This document shows, in pieces, positions 7,814 to 17,681 of a DNA stretch of 64,000 nt. The first letter of the stretch is position 1, and every line of letters begins with the position of its first letter. The notes below the pieces were generated by a model that did no database searches, was not told where the DNA came from, and saw only the letters and a program-made list of their open reading frames with translations. The stretch lies in assembly GCA_039586365.1 (NCBI GenBank), contig JBDHKN010000005.1, positions 64,001-128,000 of the forward strand, in the 5' to 3' direction. Position numbers and translations under genes: made by a program. The DNA comes from Gemmatimonadota bacterium (GTDB taxonomy: Bacteria; Gemmatimonadota; Gemmatimonadetes; Gemmatimonadales; GWC2-71-9).

Positions 7814-10024
7814 TCAGTGGCGCACTCCATGATCATGGCCATGCGGCAGGCCGAGGGAGATGCCGCTGGTAAACGGATTGTGGATCGGGCAGTACTCGGT
7901 GGGTTCGGTTCCCGGAACAAACCACTCGTGTGAGGTCGACTCCCGCGGGCACCACCCGGTGGCCAGGTAACCAGTGTCGTGATCGATTCTCAACAGTATC
8001 AAGCTCTCCGGGCGCTGCCACGGCGCGGGAGCAGGACGCCGCTCGTAGACGTCGTTCATGAATGTCGCCCACGCCGGTGCAGCGAGCACTCCCCCGGCCG
8101 ACATCGCCTTTATCTTGCGTGGCTGATCGAATCCCATCCACACAGCAGTAACCAGCTCCGATGTGAAGCCGATGAACCACACGTCAGTTCCATCGTTCGT
8201 AGTACCGGTCTTTCCGCCGGCGGGATGTAGGAAACGGCCATTTGAGCGCACTGCTCTGGCCGCAGTGCCTTGGAGTACCACCGTTTCCAGCATATTCGTC
8301 ATGAGCCACATGTGCTCCTCGTCGAGTATCCGCTCTCGCCTGGTCTGCGGCTCCCACACGATGTTGCCGTTCTCGTCCTCGACCCGAAGGATCCCTACCG
8401 GAGATGCCCGCACTCCGAGCGTGGCAAAAGCGGTGTAGGCCGATGCCATCTCCAGTGGTATGACGGAGGCGGCTCCAATGTGCAAGGAGTGTCCCGGATA
8501 AAGCTGCGTAGAAATCCCGAACCGTCTTGCCTCGCCAATGACGGCCTGCTCCCCGATCTCCATACCCAGCTTGATGGCCACCAAGTTGCGGGACTGCCTG
8601 AGCCCCTTCCGCAGCGTCATCGGACCGCGGTAATCCAGCTCGAAGTTCACGGGCTCCCAGGGCATCGAGTCGCCCGGCTCGCGCACGCTGATCGGGGAGT
8701 CGTCGATGATGTGGCTGAGCGGAATTCCAGACCGCACCGCCGCGGTGTATACAAACGGCTTGAACGTGGACCCGGCCTGGCGCTGGGCCTGGGTGGACCG
8801 GTTCCACTCCGAATCTCCAATGTCACGGCCACCCACCATCGCCCGAACGTAGCCGTCCCTCACGTCCAGCGTCACCATCGCCCCTTGGAGGTATGGCGTC
8901 TCGACCCGCTCCACGTCGGCGTCGCGTTCCTCCAGATCCTGCTGATACGTCAGGTGACGATAGGGCCCATAGTCACCATTCTCTATCTTCTCGAGCTGCT
9001 CCTCCAGGGCCCTCTCCGCCGCCATCTGCATGTCCAGGTCCAATGTCGTGTAGACGCGGAAGCCACCTTCGTAGATCTGCGTCCCAAATCTGTCATATAG
9101 CTGTTGCCGGACCCATTCCACGAAATAGGGAGCCGCATCCTGGAAATCCTGCCGCGAGCTCACCTCGAGGGGATACGCCTTCCACCGTTCTGCCTCCTGG
9201 GCAGTTAGGTACCCTTGGTCGCGCATGAGGTTGATAACCACGTTGCGCTTCTCGAGGGCATGCTCGGGAAACCGCCGTGGATTGTAGTAGTTGGGAGCGG
9301 GCGGCATACCCGCCAACAGGGCGGCTTCCGCCACATTCAGGTGGCGCGCGGACTTTCCGAAATAGGTGTACGCGGCAGACTCGACGCCGTACACATTCCC
9401 GCCCAAGAATATCTGATTCAGATACAGCTCGAGGATCTTGTCCTTGTCGTAGGTGTGCTCGATCTCGAGCGCGACCCGCATCTCGCGCACCTTGCGGCGG
9501 ATGTTCTTGGTGCTCGGCAGCTTCTCAGGAAACACGTTGCGCGCGAGCTGCATGGTGATCGACGAAAATCCCTCGGCGAAGCGCCCTGCCAGCAGATTGG
9601 CTCGGACGGCGCCCAGGATGCGGCGAAAGTCGATCCCGCCGTGTTGGAAGAAGCGCTGATCCTCCGTCGCAATGAAGGCGGCCCTTACCGCCGGAGATAT
9701 CTCGTCCAGGGCTAGAACCGTGCGGCGCTCAATTCCGAGTTCCGTAATGAGCCGACCGTCCGCGGCGTATACCTTTGCCGTCTGGGTGGGCCGGTAGCTT
9801 TCGAGCACAACGATGGATGGGCACGCGGTCCCGGCACAGGCGCGAGTCCAGGAGCCAACGACGACGCCCACACCCAGAGCAGCAAGCAACACGAAGACGA
9901 AGGCACCGATCCGTACGGCACGGGAGTCCTTCAGGTGAGCCAGACGCCGAACTGGCGGGCGACGCGGCTTCCCGCTGGTCCACCCACTAGGTGGTGTGTT
10001 CATCGAGCCCTGGTCGGTATCCAT
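7814..10024 (-). CDS. mrcA: Class A penicillin-binding protein 1A (transglycosylase-transpeptidase)
   Basis: N-terminal TM helix. Transglycosylase motifs EDQRFFQHGG, SSITMQL, RKVRE, ELYLN. Transpeptidase motifs GSTFK, SRN, KTG. Confidence 0.93.
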   Translation of the reverse strand: MDTDQGSMNTPPSGWTSGKPRRPPVRRLAHLKDSRAVRIGAFVFVLLAALGVGVVVGSWTRACAGTACPSIVVLESYRPTQTAKVYAADGRLITELGIERRTVLALDEISPAVRAAFIATEDQRFFQHGGIDFRRILGAVRANLLAGRFAEGFSSITMQLARNVFPEKLPSTKNIRRKVREMRVALEIEHTYDKDKILELYLNQIFLGGNVYGVESAAYTYFGKSARHLNVAEAALLAGMPPAPNYYNPRRFPEHALEKRNVVINLMRDQGYLTAQEAERWKAYPLEVSSRQDFQDAAPYFVEWVRQQLYDRFGTQIYEGGFRVYTTLDLDMQMAAERALEEQLEKIENGDYGPYRHLTYQQDLEERDADVERVETPYLQGAMVTLDVRDGYVRAMVGGRDIGDSEWNRSTQAQRQAGSTFKPFVYTAAVRSGIPLSHIIDDSPISVREPGDSMPWEPVNFELDYRGPMTLRKGLRQSRNLVAIKLGMEIGEQAVIGEARRFGISTQLYPGHSLHIGAASVIPLEMASAYTAFATLGVRASPVGILRVEDENGNIVWEPQTRRERILDEEHMWLMTNMLETVVLQGTAARAVRSNGRFLHPAGGKTGTTNDGTDVWFIGFTSELVTAVWMGFDQPRKIKAMSAGGVLAAPAWATFMNDVYERRPAPAPWQRPESLILLRIDHDTGYLATGWCPRESTSHEWFVPGTEPTEYCPIHNPFTSGISLGLPHGHDHGVRH

Positions 10025-10093
10025 CTAACCAGAAACGTAGTGAAGGGTGGCCCTAGTTGCCAGCGACTCACCGGCTCACTAACCTTTGCGGCC

Positions 10094-11356
10094 ATGGAGC
10101 ACCTTCTCAACGAACTGGCGTGGCGCGGTCTTCTACACGACGAGACCCCTGACCTGCGGGGGCGGCTCGCCCGGGGCGTAATAACCGGGTACGTCGGGTT
10201 CGATCCGACTGCCCCAAGCCTGCAAATCGGCAACCTGGTTCCCGTGATGCTGTTGGCCCATCTCCAGCGGGCCGGTGGCAAGCCAATAGTCGTAGTTGGT
10301 GATGGTACCGGCCTGATTGGCGACCCCAGCGGGAAGAGCAAGGAACGTCCGTTGCTGGATGCTGCCATTATCGCGGGCAACGCTGAGCGGCAGCGCAGCC
10401 AGTTGGCACAGTTCCTCGAGTTCAACGACTCGGCAAACGGCGCCGAGGTGGTCAACAACGCCGAATGGCTATGTGGACTTGAGCTGGTCCCGTTCCTGAG
10501 GGATGTCGGTAAGTACTTCACCGTGTCCTACATGCTCCAGAAGGAGTCAGTCAAAGGAAGGATGGCGGACGGTATCTCCTACACCGAATTCAGCTACATG
10601 CTCCTTCAAGCGTACGACTTCCTGCATCTATACCGTACTCGGCACTGTGAGCTGCAGCTCGGTGGGTCTGACCAGTGGGGCAACATCACAGCTGGAATAG
10701 AGCTGATCCGCAGGCTCGACGGGGGTGATGCGCACGGAGTATGCGCACCGCTCATCACGACAGCGACCGGTGCCAAGTTCGGCAAGACGGAGTCAGGTGC
10801 AGTCTGGCTCGATCCAGAAATGACGAGCCCATACGAGTTCTACCAGTTCTGGATCAATGCGGACGACCGGGACGTCGAGGCGCACTTGAAGACCTTCACT
10901 TTCATGACCCGCGCTGAAATTTCTCAGCTAATGCAGCAGCACGGAGAGGCCCCCGGGAATCGGATTCCTCACAAGGCAGTCGCCTTCGAAATGACCGCTC
11001 GAATCCACGGGGATGAATTGGCACGCAGCGCAGCGGAGGCGTCGCTTACGATGTTTGGGGAACGCAACCCAGCGGAGGCCAAAGCAGCAACCTGGAAGAT
11101 GCTGGCCTCCGAGCTGCCACACGGACTGCTTCCTTCAGGCTTTGGACCCACCACTCCTGTCGTTGAACTGGTGGTCAGCACAGGACTAGTGAAGTCAAAG
11201 GGAGAGGCGCGCCGGCAGATTCAACAGGGCGGCATATCGGTGAACGGCCAGACGATAAGAGACGTCAATGACAGCGCTGGCGATCCGCTGGACGGGGGGT
11301 ACTACTGGGTTCGGCGCGGCAAGAAGAGCAACTTCATCTTCATACCATCACCTTGA
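10094..11356 (+). CDS. tyrS: Tyrosine--tRNA ligase
   Basis: YVGFDPTAPSLQIGN (HIGH-like), QLGGSDQWGNI, KFGKT and a C-terminal S4 domain. Start placed at ATG 10094. Confidence 0.97.
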   Translation: MEHLLNELAWRGLLHDETPDLRGRLARGVITGYVGFDPTAPSLQIGNLVPVMLLAHLQRAGGKPIVVVGDGTGLIGDPSGKSKERPLLDAAIIAGNAERQRSQLAQFLEFNDSANGAEVVNNAEWLCGLELVPFLRDVGKYFTVSYMLQKESVKGRMADGISYTEFSYMLLQAYDFLHLYRTRHCELQLGGSDQWGNITAGIELIRRLDGGDAHGVCAPLITTATGAKFGKTESGAVWLDPEMTSPYEFYQFWINADDRDVEAHLKTFTFMTRAEISQLMQQHGEAPGNRIPHKAVAFEMTARIHGDELARSAAEASLTMFGERNPAEAKAATWKMLASELPHGLLPSGFGPTTPVVELVVSTGLVKSKGEARRQIQQGGISVNGQTIRDVNDSAGDPLDGGYYWVRRGKKSNFIFIPSP

Positions 11357-11521
11357 TCTCCGCCGCCATCACCTCCAGCTCGGCGCGTGGATCCGCGGAT
11401 CGGTACCCTTTCGGGAACCGCCAGCCGATGGTGTCGTTGGTGTATCAGGGCAGAACCTAATCTTCGTACACGACTCGCGAATTGGCACGATGAGCAACTA
11501 TGTCGCTGAATACGCATTCAC

Positions 11522-12685
11522 TTATTCGGACTGCGCCAGAATCGACGTGACCTTTTCCATTTCCTCCGGAGTGTTGTAACAGTGAGGTGCAAGCCGGATC
11601 GCCCCTTCCCGCAACGAGCAGACAACACCCTCTGCCTTGAGACGGCTGTGGGTTTCCTCGGGGCGAGGCGGCACAACGCTCACAATAGCCGATTCATGAT
11701 TCGACTCTGTGGGAGATACGATCGGCATGCCACGCCTGCTAGCGAACTCCACTAGAGGTTGCCGAACTTCACGCAGCCACCGGGCGATATTATCAATGCC
11801 AAGTTCCAGCAGCAGATTGATACTCAACGTCATGGCGAGGAGGTCCTGAAACGGCAACGTATTCAGCTCGAAGCGGCGCGCGTCGCTCCTCAGCCCACCA
11901 ACGTAGCTCGTGAGATTCGAGGTGTCGTCTGTCCCCTCGAATGCCATCCACCCCACGACTGGCGGGGCAAGTACCTCGAGCAACTCCCGGCGCACGTAGA
12001 CGAAGCCCGATCCCCAGGGCGAGAGTAGCCACTTCTGCGCGCCACATGCCAAGATGTCTACCGGTGTCTCCCGAACGTCGAACGCCACTTGGCCGATAGC
12101 CTGAATGCCATCGACAACCAGAAAACATCCCGCTTCACGACAAGCCCTGCCCAGTCGAGCCAAGTCGGCCCTGTAGCCGTTAGAAAACTGAACCAACGAG
12201 ATTGTGAGTGCTCGGATTGCCGGGTCGCGCAGACGTTCCACCAAGTAATCTTCGTCTGGCCAACCTGCAGCTGTCGTCGGCGCAAGCTCCACGTGAATAC
12301 CGCGTTCCCTAAGTCGCAGCCAGGGATAGACGTTGGCCGGAAACTCGCCCTCGGAGACTAGCACCGAATCACCGGGATCGAGGGGCAGTGATTGGGCAGC
12401 AACGTTCAAGCCAAAGCTAGTGTTCGTCGCTAGCCCGATCTCATCGGTACCGGCGTTGAGCAGGCGCGCCACCACCATGCGAGCCTCCTGGAGTGAGTCG
12501 TGCAGCTGGGGAGGATCCAGCAGGTATGGAGCTGCACGCCTTCGAGTGAAATCGTCGAGAAACCGTCTGGTCCTCTCCGGTAGCGGTCCGATAGCGGCGT
12601 TGTCCATGTAAACCATCTCAGCAGCCCAGGGAAACTCGACTTCCCTGATTCTGCGGAACACCGCCCGATCGATTGGCTTGCTCAC
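11522..12685 (-). CDS. PLP-dependent aminotransferase class V
   Basis: YMDNAA, VVDGIQ and GAQKWLL (PLP lysine). Confidence 0.88.
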   Translation of the reverse strand: MSKPIDRAVFRRIREVEFPWAAEMVYMDNAAIGPLPERTRRFLDDFTRRRAAPYLLDPPQLHDSLQEARMVVARLLNAGTDEIGLATNTSFGLNVAAQSLPLDPGDSVLVSEGEFPANVYPWLRLRERGIHVELAPTTAAGWPDEDYLVERLRDPAIRALTISLVQFSNGYRADLARLGRACREAGCFLVVDGIQAIGQVAFDVRETPVDILACGAQKWLLSPWGSGFVYVRRELLEVLAPPVVGWMAFEGTDDTSNLTSYVGGLRSDARRFELNTLPFQDLLAMTLSINLLLELGIDNIARWLREVRQPLVEFASRRGMPIVSPTESNHESAIVSVVPPRPEETHSRLKAEGVVCSLREGAIRLAPHCYNTPEEMEKVTSILAQSE

Positions 12686-12727
12686 TTCTCTAGCATCCCT
12701 TCCCTCTCGAACACACGTGTCGATGTT

Positions 12728-14563
12728 TCAGGCTGAGCGGCGCGGTGTGCGGGTCACTGGTAAGACGTCGAAGTCGTGTAGCCGTTGATATAACCCGCCG
12801 GCAGCGGCCAACTCGTCATGTCGACCGCGTTCGATCAAGCGACCTCTCTGTAGCACCACGATCTGGCTGGCACGGACCACAGTAGATAGCCGATGTGCAA
12901 TCACCAATACAGTTCGGTTCTCCATGAGACGTTCGATTGCCTCTTGCACCAGCCGCTCCGACTCGGTGTCCAGTGCCGAAGTAGCTTCGTCCAAGATCAG
13001 AATCGGCGGATCGCGCAGCAGCGCCCTGGCGATGGCTATGCGTTGCCGTTCTCCGCCCGAGAGCCGCATTCCACGTTCGCCCAAGGTGGTGTGATAGCCT
13101 TGCGGTAGTTGCTCGATGAATTCGTGGGCATTCGCTGCCTTGGCAGCGGCTTCAACCGATGCGCTCGTTGCGTTTTCCTCTTCGCCATAGGCGATATTCG
13201 CCCGCACCGAATCGTTGAAGATCACTGTGTGTTGGCTCACGATGCCCATGGCCCGCCGTAGCGATTTCCTACTGTAGTTGGATATTGGAACACCGTCGAC
13301 CAGCACATCACCCCGCGTCGGCTCGATGAATCGAGGCAACAGATCCATCAGAGTCGACTTCCCCGCGCCTGATGGGCCCACGATGGCGACGACTTCGCCC
13401 GTAGATACCGTCAAACACACATCTTCCAGGACCCACTTGCCGGGCTCGTATGCGTGCCAGACATGACTGAATGAGACCTCCTCCCTGATACCGGGAAACG
13501 CCATTGCTTTGGGCAGGTCTATGTCATCCGGGGGTTCATCGAGTATCTCAAACACTCTCGCAGCAGCCGCGAGCGACATCTCGGCGCTAACTGGAAACTG
13601 AGACAAGGCCTTCACCGGAGAGAGCAACCGAAGGGTGATGGCCATGAACGGAATGAACAGCTCAGGACGCATACCGCTCCCAGCTTCGCTTCCTGCGGAC
13701 ATCCCAAAGACCAGCAGCAGGAGTATGACACCTGCGCCGAGTGTCTCGCTCACCGGATGCGCCAGAACTGCAAGCTTCCGCGCCTTCACAATGCCATTGA
13801 AGTAGCTAGCGACGGCCCCTTCGAAACGGCGGCGTTCATAATCCTCCGCGTTGTGGGCCTTGACTAGTCGGGCTCCCTCGACAGTCTCGCTCATGATCGC
13901 GGCGACCTCTCCCCGGTCGTGCAGGGTTCCCCGTACCCGCAACCGGATGCGCTGCAAGATGGGCCGCATTAGCAGCGCTATCGTGGGAGCCAGGAGCAGG
14001 GTGAGGAGGGTCAAGCGCCACGAAAGTGAGAACAGGATCACGAGGTAGACACCGACCAAGATGACGTTCTGTGTAGCAGACACGAGAGTGGCACTCACCA
14101 CCTGACCCGCCTGCTCAACATCAGCGATCACCCGACTCACCAGTTGCCCACTCTTCATGCGGTGGAAAAACCCAAGACCCAGCTGCTGGATATGGGAGTA
14201 GAGGGTCGTTCGCATATCCCGACCAACTCCCTCTTGGATGCGCGCGCCGAGCGACCCGGCTGCGTAAACTGCAACATTCTTCACAGCCACGGTGCCGATT
14301 ATGAACAAGACTACGTTCCTCAGCGCCTTGCTATGCTCCGTTGAGAGTGCAAAGCCGACCGCGAAATCCAGTACGCGTTCGACGGCCGTTGGCGCAGCGC
14401 TCAGGATGCCGGGCCCAGGGCCGAACAGGAGTCGCAGAAACGGTATCAGGAGTGCGAATGTGAATCCATCCAGCACCGAGGCAACGATAGTCGCGACAAG
14501 GGTGAGCGCCAGAATGCTAGTGTAGGGCCGAACAAAGCCCAGTAGCCGGCGAAAACCGGGCAT
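12728..14563 (-). CDS. MsbA-like ABC transporter (TMD+NBD)
   Basis: Multi-TM N-half. GPSGAGKS, LSGGERQR, ILDEATS and IAHRLST. Confidence 0.92.
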   Translation of the reverse strand: MPGFRRLLGFVRPYTSILALTLVATIVASVLDGFTFALLIPFLRLLFGPGPGILSAAPTAVERVLDFAVGFALSTEHSKALRNVVLFIIGTVAVKNVAVYAAGSLGARIQEGVGRDMRTTLYSHIQQLGLGFFHRMKSGQLVSRVIADVEQAGQVVSATLVSATQNVILVGVYLVILFSLSWRLTLLTLLLAPTIALLMRPILQRIRLRVRGTLHDRGEVAAIMSETVEGARLVKAHNAEDYERRRFEGAVASYFNGIVKARKLAVLAHPVSETLGAGVILLLLVFGMSAGSEAGSGMRPELFIPFMAITLRLLSPVKALSQFPVSAEMSLAAAARVFEILDEPPDDIDLPKAMAFPGIREEVSFSHVWHAYEPGKWVLEDVCLTVSTGEVVAIVGPSGAGKSTLMDLLPRFIEPTRGDVLVDGVPISNYSRKSLRRAMGIVSQHTVIFNDSVRANIAYGEEENATSASVEAAAKAANAHEFIEQLPQGYHTTLGERGMRLSGGERQRIAIARALLRDPPILILDEATSALDTESERLVQEAIERLMENRTVLVIAHRLSTVVRASQIVVLQRGRLIERGRHDELAAAGGLYQRLHDFDVLPVTRTPRRSA

Positions 14564-16132
14564 CTATGAGGTCCTGCGCGGCATCAGTAACGCAATTGGA
14601 AGCACGAGTTCTTCGGGGGTCACACCGCCGTGGAGGAAAGACCCTCTGTACCGAGCCTGATACTCACGGAGTTTTGTCGGATACACGAAGAACCGGTCAC
14701 CCGTCGCGAGCAACAGCCTGACACCGATCCGCTTCGCCGGTAGGCCCCAGCTCTGCAGGTCCTCAACAACGATAGCATTCGCCGACGCGTCGGCACGAAG
14801 GTCCTCTCCGAACTTGTACCGCAGGTTTGCCGTGGCATCTCGCTTGGCATATATCGTGGCTGGGCTGTTACAGTGGATCGATCCGTGGTCGGTAGTGAGC
14901 AACACCGGAACGCCCCGTCTCTCGGCCTCCTTGAGCGAGCGAAGCAACGCCGAGTCCTGGAACCAGGTGCGAGTCAAGCTGCGAAGCGCATTAGTGTCCC
15001 GGGCAACCTCGTATAGGATAGCGTGCTCGGCCCGACCATGGGTTAGCTGGTCCACGAAGTTGAAGACCAAGGCCGTCACGCCGCCCCGGGACAGATACGC
15101 CGGAAGACGCTGGAGGAGTGCCTCACTTTCAGTCGCGCTAGACAGCTTCTCGTAGTGCACGGGGATCTCTTTACCCATGAGTTCCCGCAACTGCTCCACG
15201 AGGAGCTCTGCCTCATGCGCGTTCAGACTCTCGTCGTCTCGCGGACCCCACCACTCGGGATGCCGGGCCGCTATCTCGACCGGGAATAACCCACTGAAAA
15301 TGGCGTTACGGGCGAACGGAGTGGCCGATGGCAGTATGCTGAAGTAGTGTGACTCCTCGACGTCGAAGATGTCTGTAACCAGCGGAGTGAGCGACTCCCA
15401 TTGATCCAATCGAAGGCAGTCTACCACCACGAACATGACCCCAGGGTGATTCCGTAGCAGCGGAACGAGGAACTCGCTACACACATCTACTGATAGAGGT
15501 GGCCGGTCGCCTTCGGGACTGTACAGCCACTTTGGATAGTTGATCTTGACATACTCAGCGAAATCGGTGTGGAGGCTGGTCTGGAAGGTCCGCAGCGCCT
15601 CCTTCAACCCGCTCTCGTCACTCATTGACAACCGGACTTCCCAGTCAGCCACCTCCCCAACCAGTTCCATCCACTCCCGCCACCCCAGCCGTGATCCGCG
15701 CTTCAACTCCATCTCACGAAACCTGCTTACGAAGTCACGGGCAAGCCGCTGCTGCCGGATACGGTCTCCCTCAAGCAGTCGCGTCACCACTGACAGGACC
15801 TGTCGTGGATTCACTGGTTTGACCAAGTAGTCATGCAACTCAATGCCAATAGCCTCTCGCATGGTCCCTGCCTCCTCGCTCTTGGTCACCATGACCACAG
15901 GGACTGCGGGATCGATCGAGCGGATCTCGCTTACCAGCTCAAGACCTCGCCTTCCGGGAAGCTGCTCGTCGAGTAGTACGACTCCGTAGGGCTGTCGCCT
16001 GAGCAGGGCAATCGCATCATCGCCGTGCGCTGCCTGCTCGACTTCGTATCCGTTCTCGTTCAAAAAGAGAACATGCGCTCCGAGTGATTCGAGTTCGTCA
16101 TCCACCCAGAGAACTGTCTTAGGTCGAGGCAT
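14564..16132 (-). CDS. PorX-like response regulator (REC + PglZ alkaline-phosphatase-superfamily domain)
   Basis: REC motifs WVDDE, LLDEQLPG, MVTK and KP. PglZ motifs VVDCLRLDQW, SATPFARNAIFSG, TTDHG and HGGVTPEE. Confidence 0.88.
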   Translation of the reverse strand: MPRPKTVLWVDDELESLGAHVLFLNENGYEVEQAAHGDDAIALLRRQPYGVVLLDEQLPGRRGLELVSEIRSIDPAVPVVMVTKSEEAGTMREAIGIELHDYLVKPVNPRQVLSVVTRLLEGDRIRQQRLARDFVSRFREMELKRGSRLGWREWMELVGEVADWEVRLSMSDESGLKEALRTFQTSLHTDFAEYVKINYPKWLYSPEGDRPPLSVDVCSEFLVPLLRNHPGVMFVVVDCLRLDQWESLTPLVTDIFDVEESHYFSILPSATPFARNAIFSGLFPVEIAARHPEWWGPRDDESLNAHEAELLVEQLRELMGKEIPVHYEKLSSATESEALLQRLPAYLSRGGVTALVFNFVDQLTHGRAEHAILYEVARDTNALRSLTRTWFQDSALLRSLKEAERRGVPVLLTTDHGSIHCNSPATIYAKRDATANLRYKFGEDLRADASANAIVVEDLQSWGLPAKRIGVRLLLATGDRFFVYPTKLREYQARYRGSFLHGGVTPEELVLPIALLMPRRTS

Positions 16133-16258
16133 GAGATCAAACTTACCGCTCCCGGCTGTCACCCTCAACGCGCCACTCTGGCGGGCCTCTTTGTGCTGGT
16201 CTAATTTCCAGTTTGTTCCCCGAAAGCACTAACGGGGAATCCTGGGGAGATCACACTG

Positions 16259-16660
16259 ATGAACGACCACTTCGCCACTGCCGAGGATCGCTTGATAGCG
16301 CAGCTTCAGAACGAGATTCGAGGCCCCACGCAGAACGGGATCTTCGCGCTGTGGCTCTTCTTGCGCGTCTGTGATGGCATCCTCGCCCCCGACCCACTCT
16401 CCAACCGGGCACGAAAACGCAGACTCGAAGCCTTGGAGCGAAGACTCAGCAGCCTGTCACTACAGCCATTGCTGAGGAGGACACTGCTTGGCACCCTGCG
16501 CGAGTTGAGTCCTGCAACTGCGGACTCCGTAGTGACATCACTTCAGCTCCTAGCGAAACCCGCCCGAGATTCGTTGGGGCCTGGCGCTGGGGAAGCCATT
16601 GCTTTGGCCCTGCGAGCAGCCCAGGGTACGGCGGAGGTGAGTCGACAGGGGCGGCCATGA
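16259..16660 (+). CDS. Hypothetical helical protein (133 aa)
   Basis: GGAG RBS; ATGA overlap with the downstream DnaB-like gene. Confidence 0.7.
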   Translation: MNDHFATAEDRLIAQLQNEIRGPTQNGIFALWLFLRVCDGILAPDPLSNRARKRRLEALERRLSSLSLQPLLRRTLLGTLRELSPATADSVVTSLQLLAKPARDSLGPGAGEAIALALRAAQGTAEVSRQGRP

Positions 16661-17520
16661 CTGTTCCGAAACGGATACGCCGAGACTCCTTGACTAGTCT
16701 CGTGGGAAAGGTGGATTCTCTCCCGCGGGGTGAGACCCCGCCGGACACGGTTCCTTCTGGGTTCCCTTCCTTGGACCGGCTACTGGGTGGTGGCTTCCGA
16801 CAGCAAGATCTCATTGTACTGGGTGGCGACGTGGGATCGGGAAAATCAGCATTGGCCTGCGGTTTTGCCCTGCGGGCTGCCATGGAGGGTTACCGAGTAG
16901 CCTACTGTTCTGGTGAGATGGACGAAGACCGCTTGCTCGAACGTGCCCTCGCTATCGAAGCACAGGTACAGGTTGACGAAATCCGATCTGGCGATCTCTC
17001 AGATGCCGCGCGCGCGGCTGTCGGGGCCGCAGCGGTGCGGCTCAGAGACCTACCGATCCGGATTCACCCACTACTGGGCCAACGGTTTCACGAAGCTCTT
17101 GCGCCAGCCTGGGAGGACAGTCCCAAGTTGGTGGTGCTCGACTACCTCCAGCTCCTGCCCCCCCCCGAGAAACATCTCAGCCACGCAGAAGACTGCGCAG
17201 CGGCCATCGGGGCGCTCAAGTCCTCAGCTCTCGAGCGGAAGGTGGCGTGTCTGGCCGTTGCTCAACTCCCTGAACAGAGTGCTGCGAGTGCGGACCGGCG
17301 CCCAAGGTTAAATGATTTCGGCGCACTCGGCTCTGTCAAGCAACACGCCGACATCGTTCTCGGATTGTATCGTGAGGACATGTACTCGGGTGGTCCAGAC
17401 GTCGAGGGTGCGACCGAACTGACAGTCCTCAAGAACCGGAATGGACCAACCGGATTCATCGATCTCTACTTTCACAGACAGTGGATGAGATTCGAAGACA
17501 TGTTGGATCCCACGCGCTGA
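16657..17520 (+). CDS. DnaB-like helicase, C-terminal RecA-fold domain only
   Basis: SGFPSLDRLLGG, Walker A GDVGSGKS, SGEM, VLDYLQL, AQL, ADIV and KNRNGPTG. Only 287 aa. Confidence 0.85.
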   Translation: MTVPKRIRRDSLTSLVGKVDSLPRGETPPDTVPSGFPSLDRLLGGGFRQQDLIVLGGDVGSGKSALACGFALRAAMEGYRVAYCSGEMDEDRLLERALAIEAQVQVDEIRSGDLSDAARAAVGAAAVRLRDLPIRIHPLLGQRFHEALAPAWEDSPKLVVLDYLQLLPPPEKHLSHAEDCAAAIGALKSSALERKVACLAVAQLPEQSAASADRRPRLNDFGALGSVKQHADIVLGLYREDMYSGGPDVEGATELTVLKNRNGPTGFIDLYFHRQWMRFEDMLDPTR

Positions 17521-17588
17521 GTCTCACCCAGACCACCTCACCATCCGCAATCCGTATGGACCTGGGGTCACCGCTCTGGTCCACTGCG

Positions 17589-17618
17589 TTGTCGGCCCCA
17601 AACCGTGTTCGATATATT
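17589..17618 (+). promoter_or_regulatory. Possible sigma70 promoter for yebC-ruvCAB
   Basis: TTGTCG-18 nt-TATATT upstream of yebC. Confidence 0.3.
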
Positions 17619-17681
17619 CTTGTGTTCGGGCGTATCTTGCCGTTATTGGGCGGCCGAGCGCCCAACCCGCAAGGAGAGCTC

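Noticed and set aside
11340..11521. Short minus-strand reading frame (YTNDTIGWRFPKGYRSADPRAELEVMAAEIKV) between tyrS and the aminotransferase
   Set aside because: No start codon or RBS and no recognisable family. It could be a gene remnant but cannot be supported.
11522..12685. Cysteine desulfurase (SufS/IscS) call
   Set aside because: The catalytic Cys-loop motifs (RxGHHCA or SSGSAC) are absent.
14564..16132. BREX defence system because of the PglZ domain
   Set aside because: The REC-PglZ architecture is PorX-type; no brxC, pglX or brxL nearby.
16657..17520. Prophage or plasmid replication module
   Set aside because: No integrase, phage genes or compositional break; flanked by core genes.
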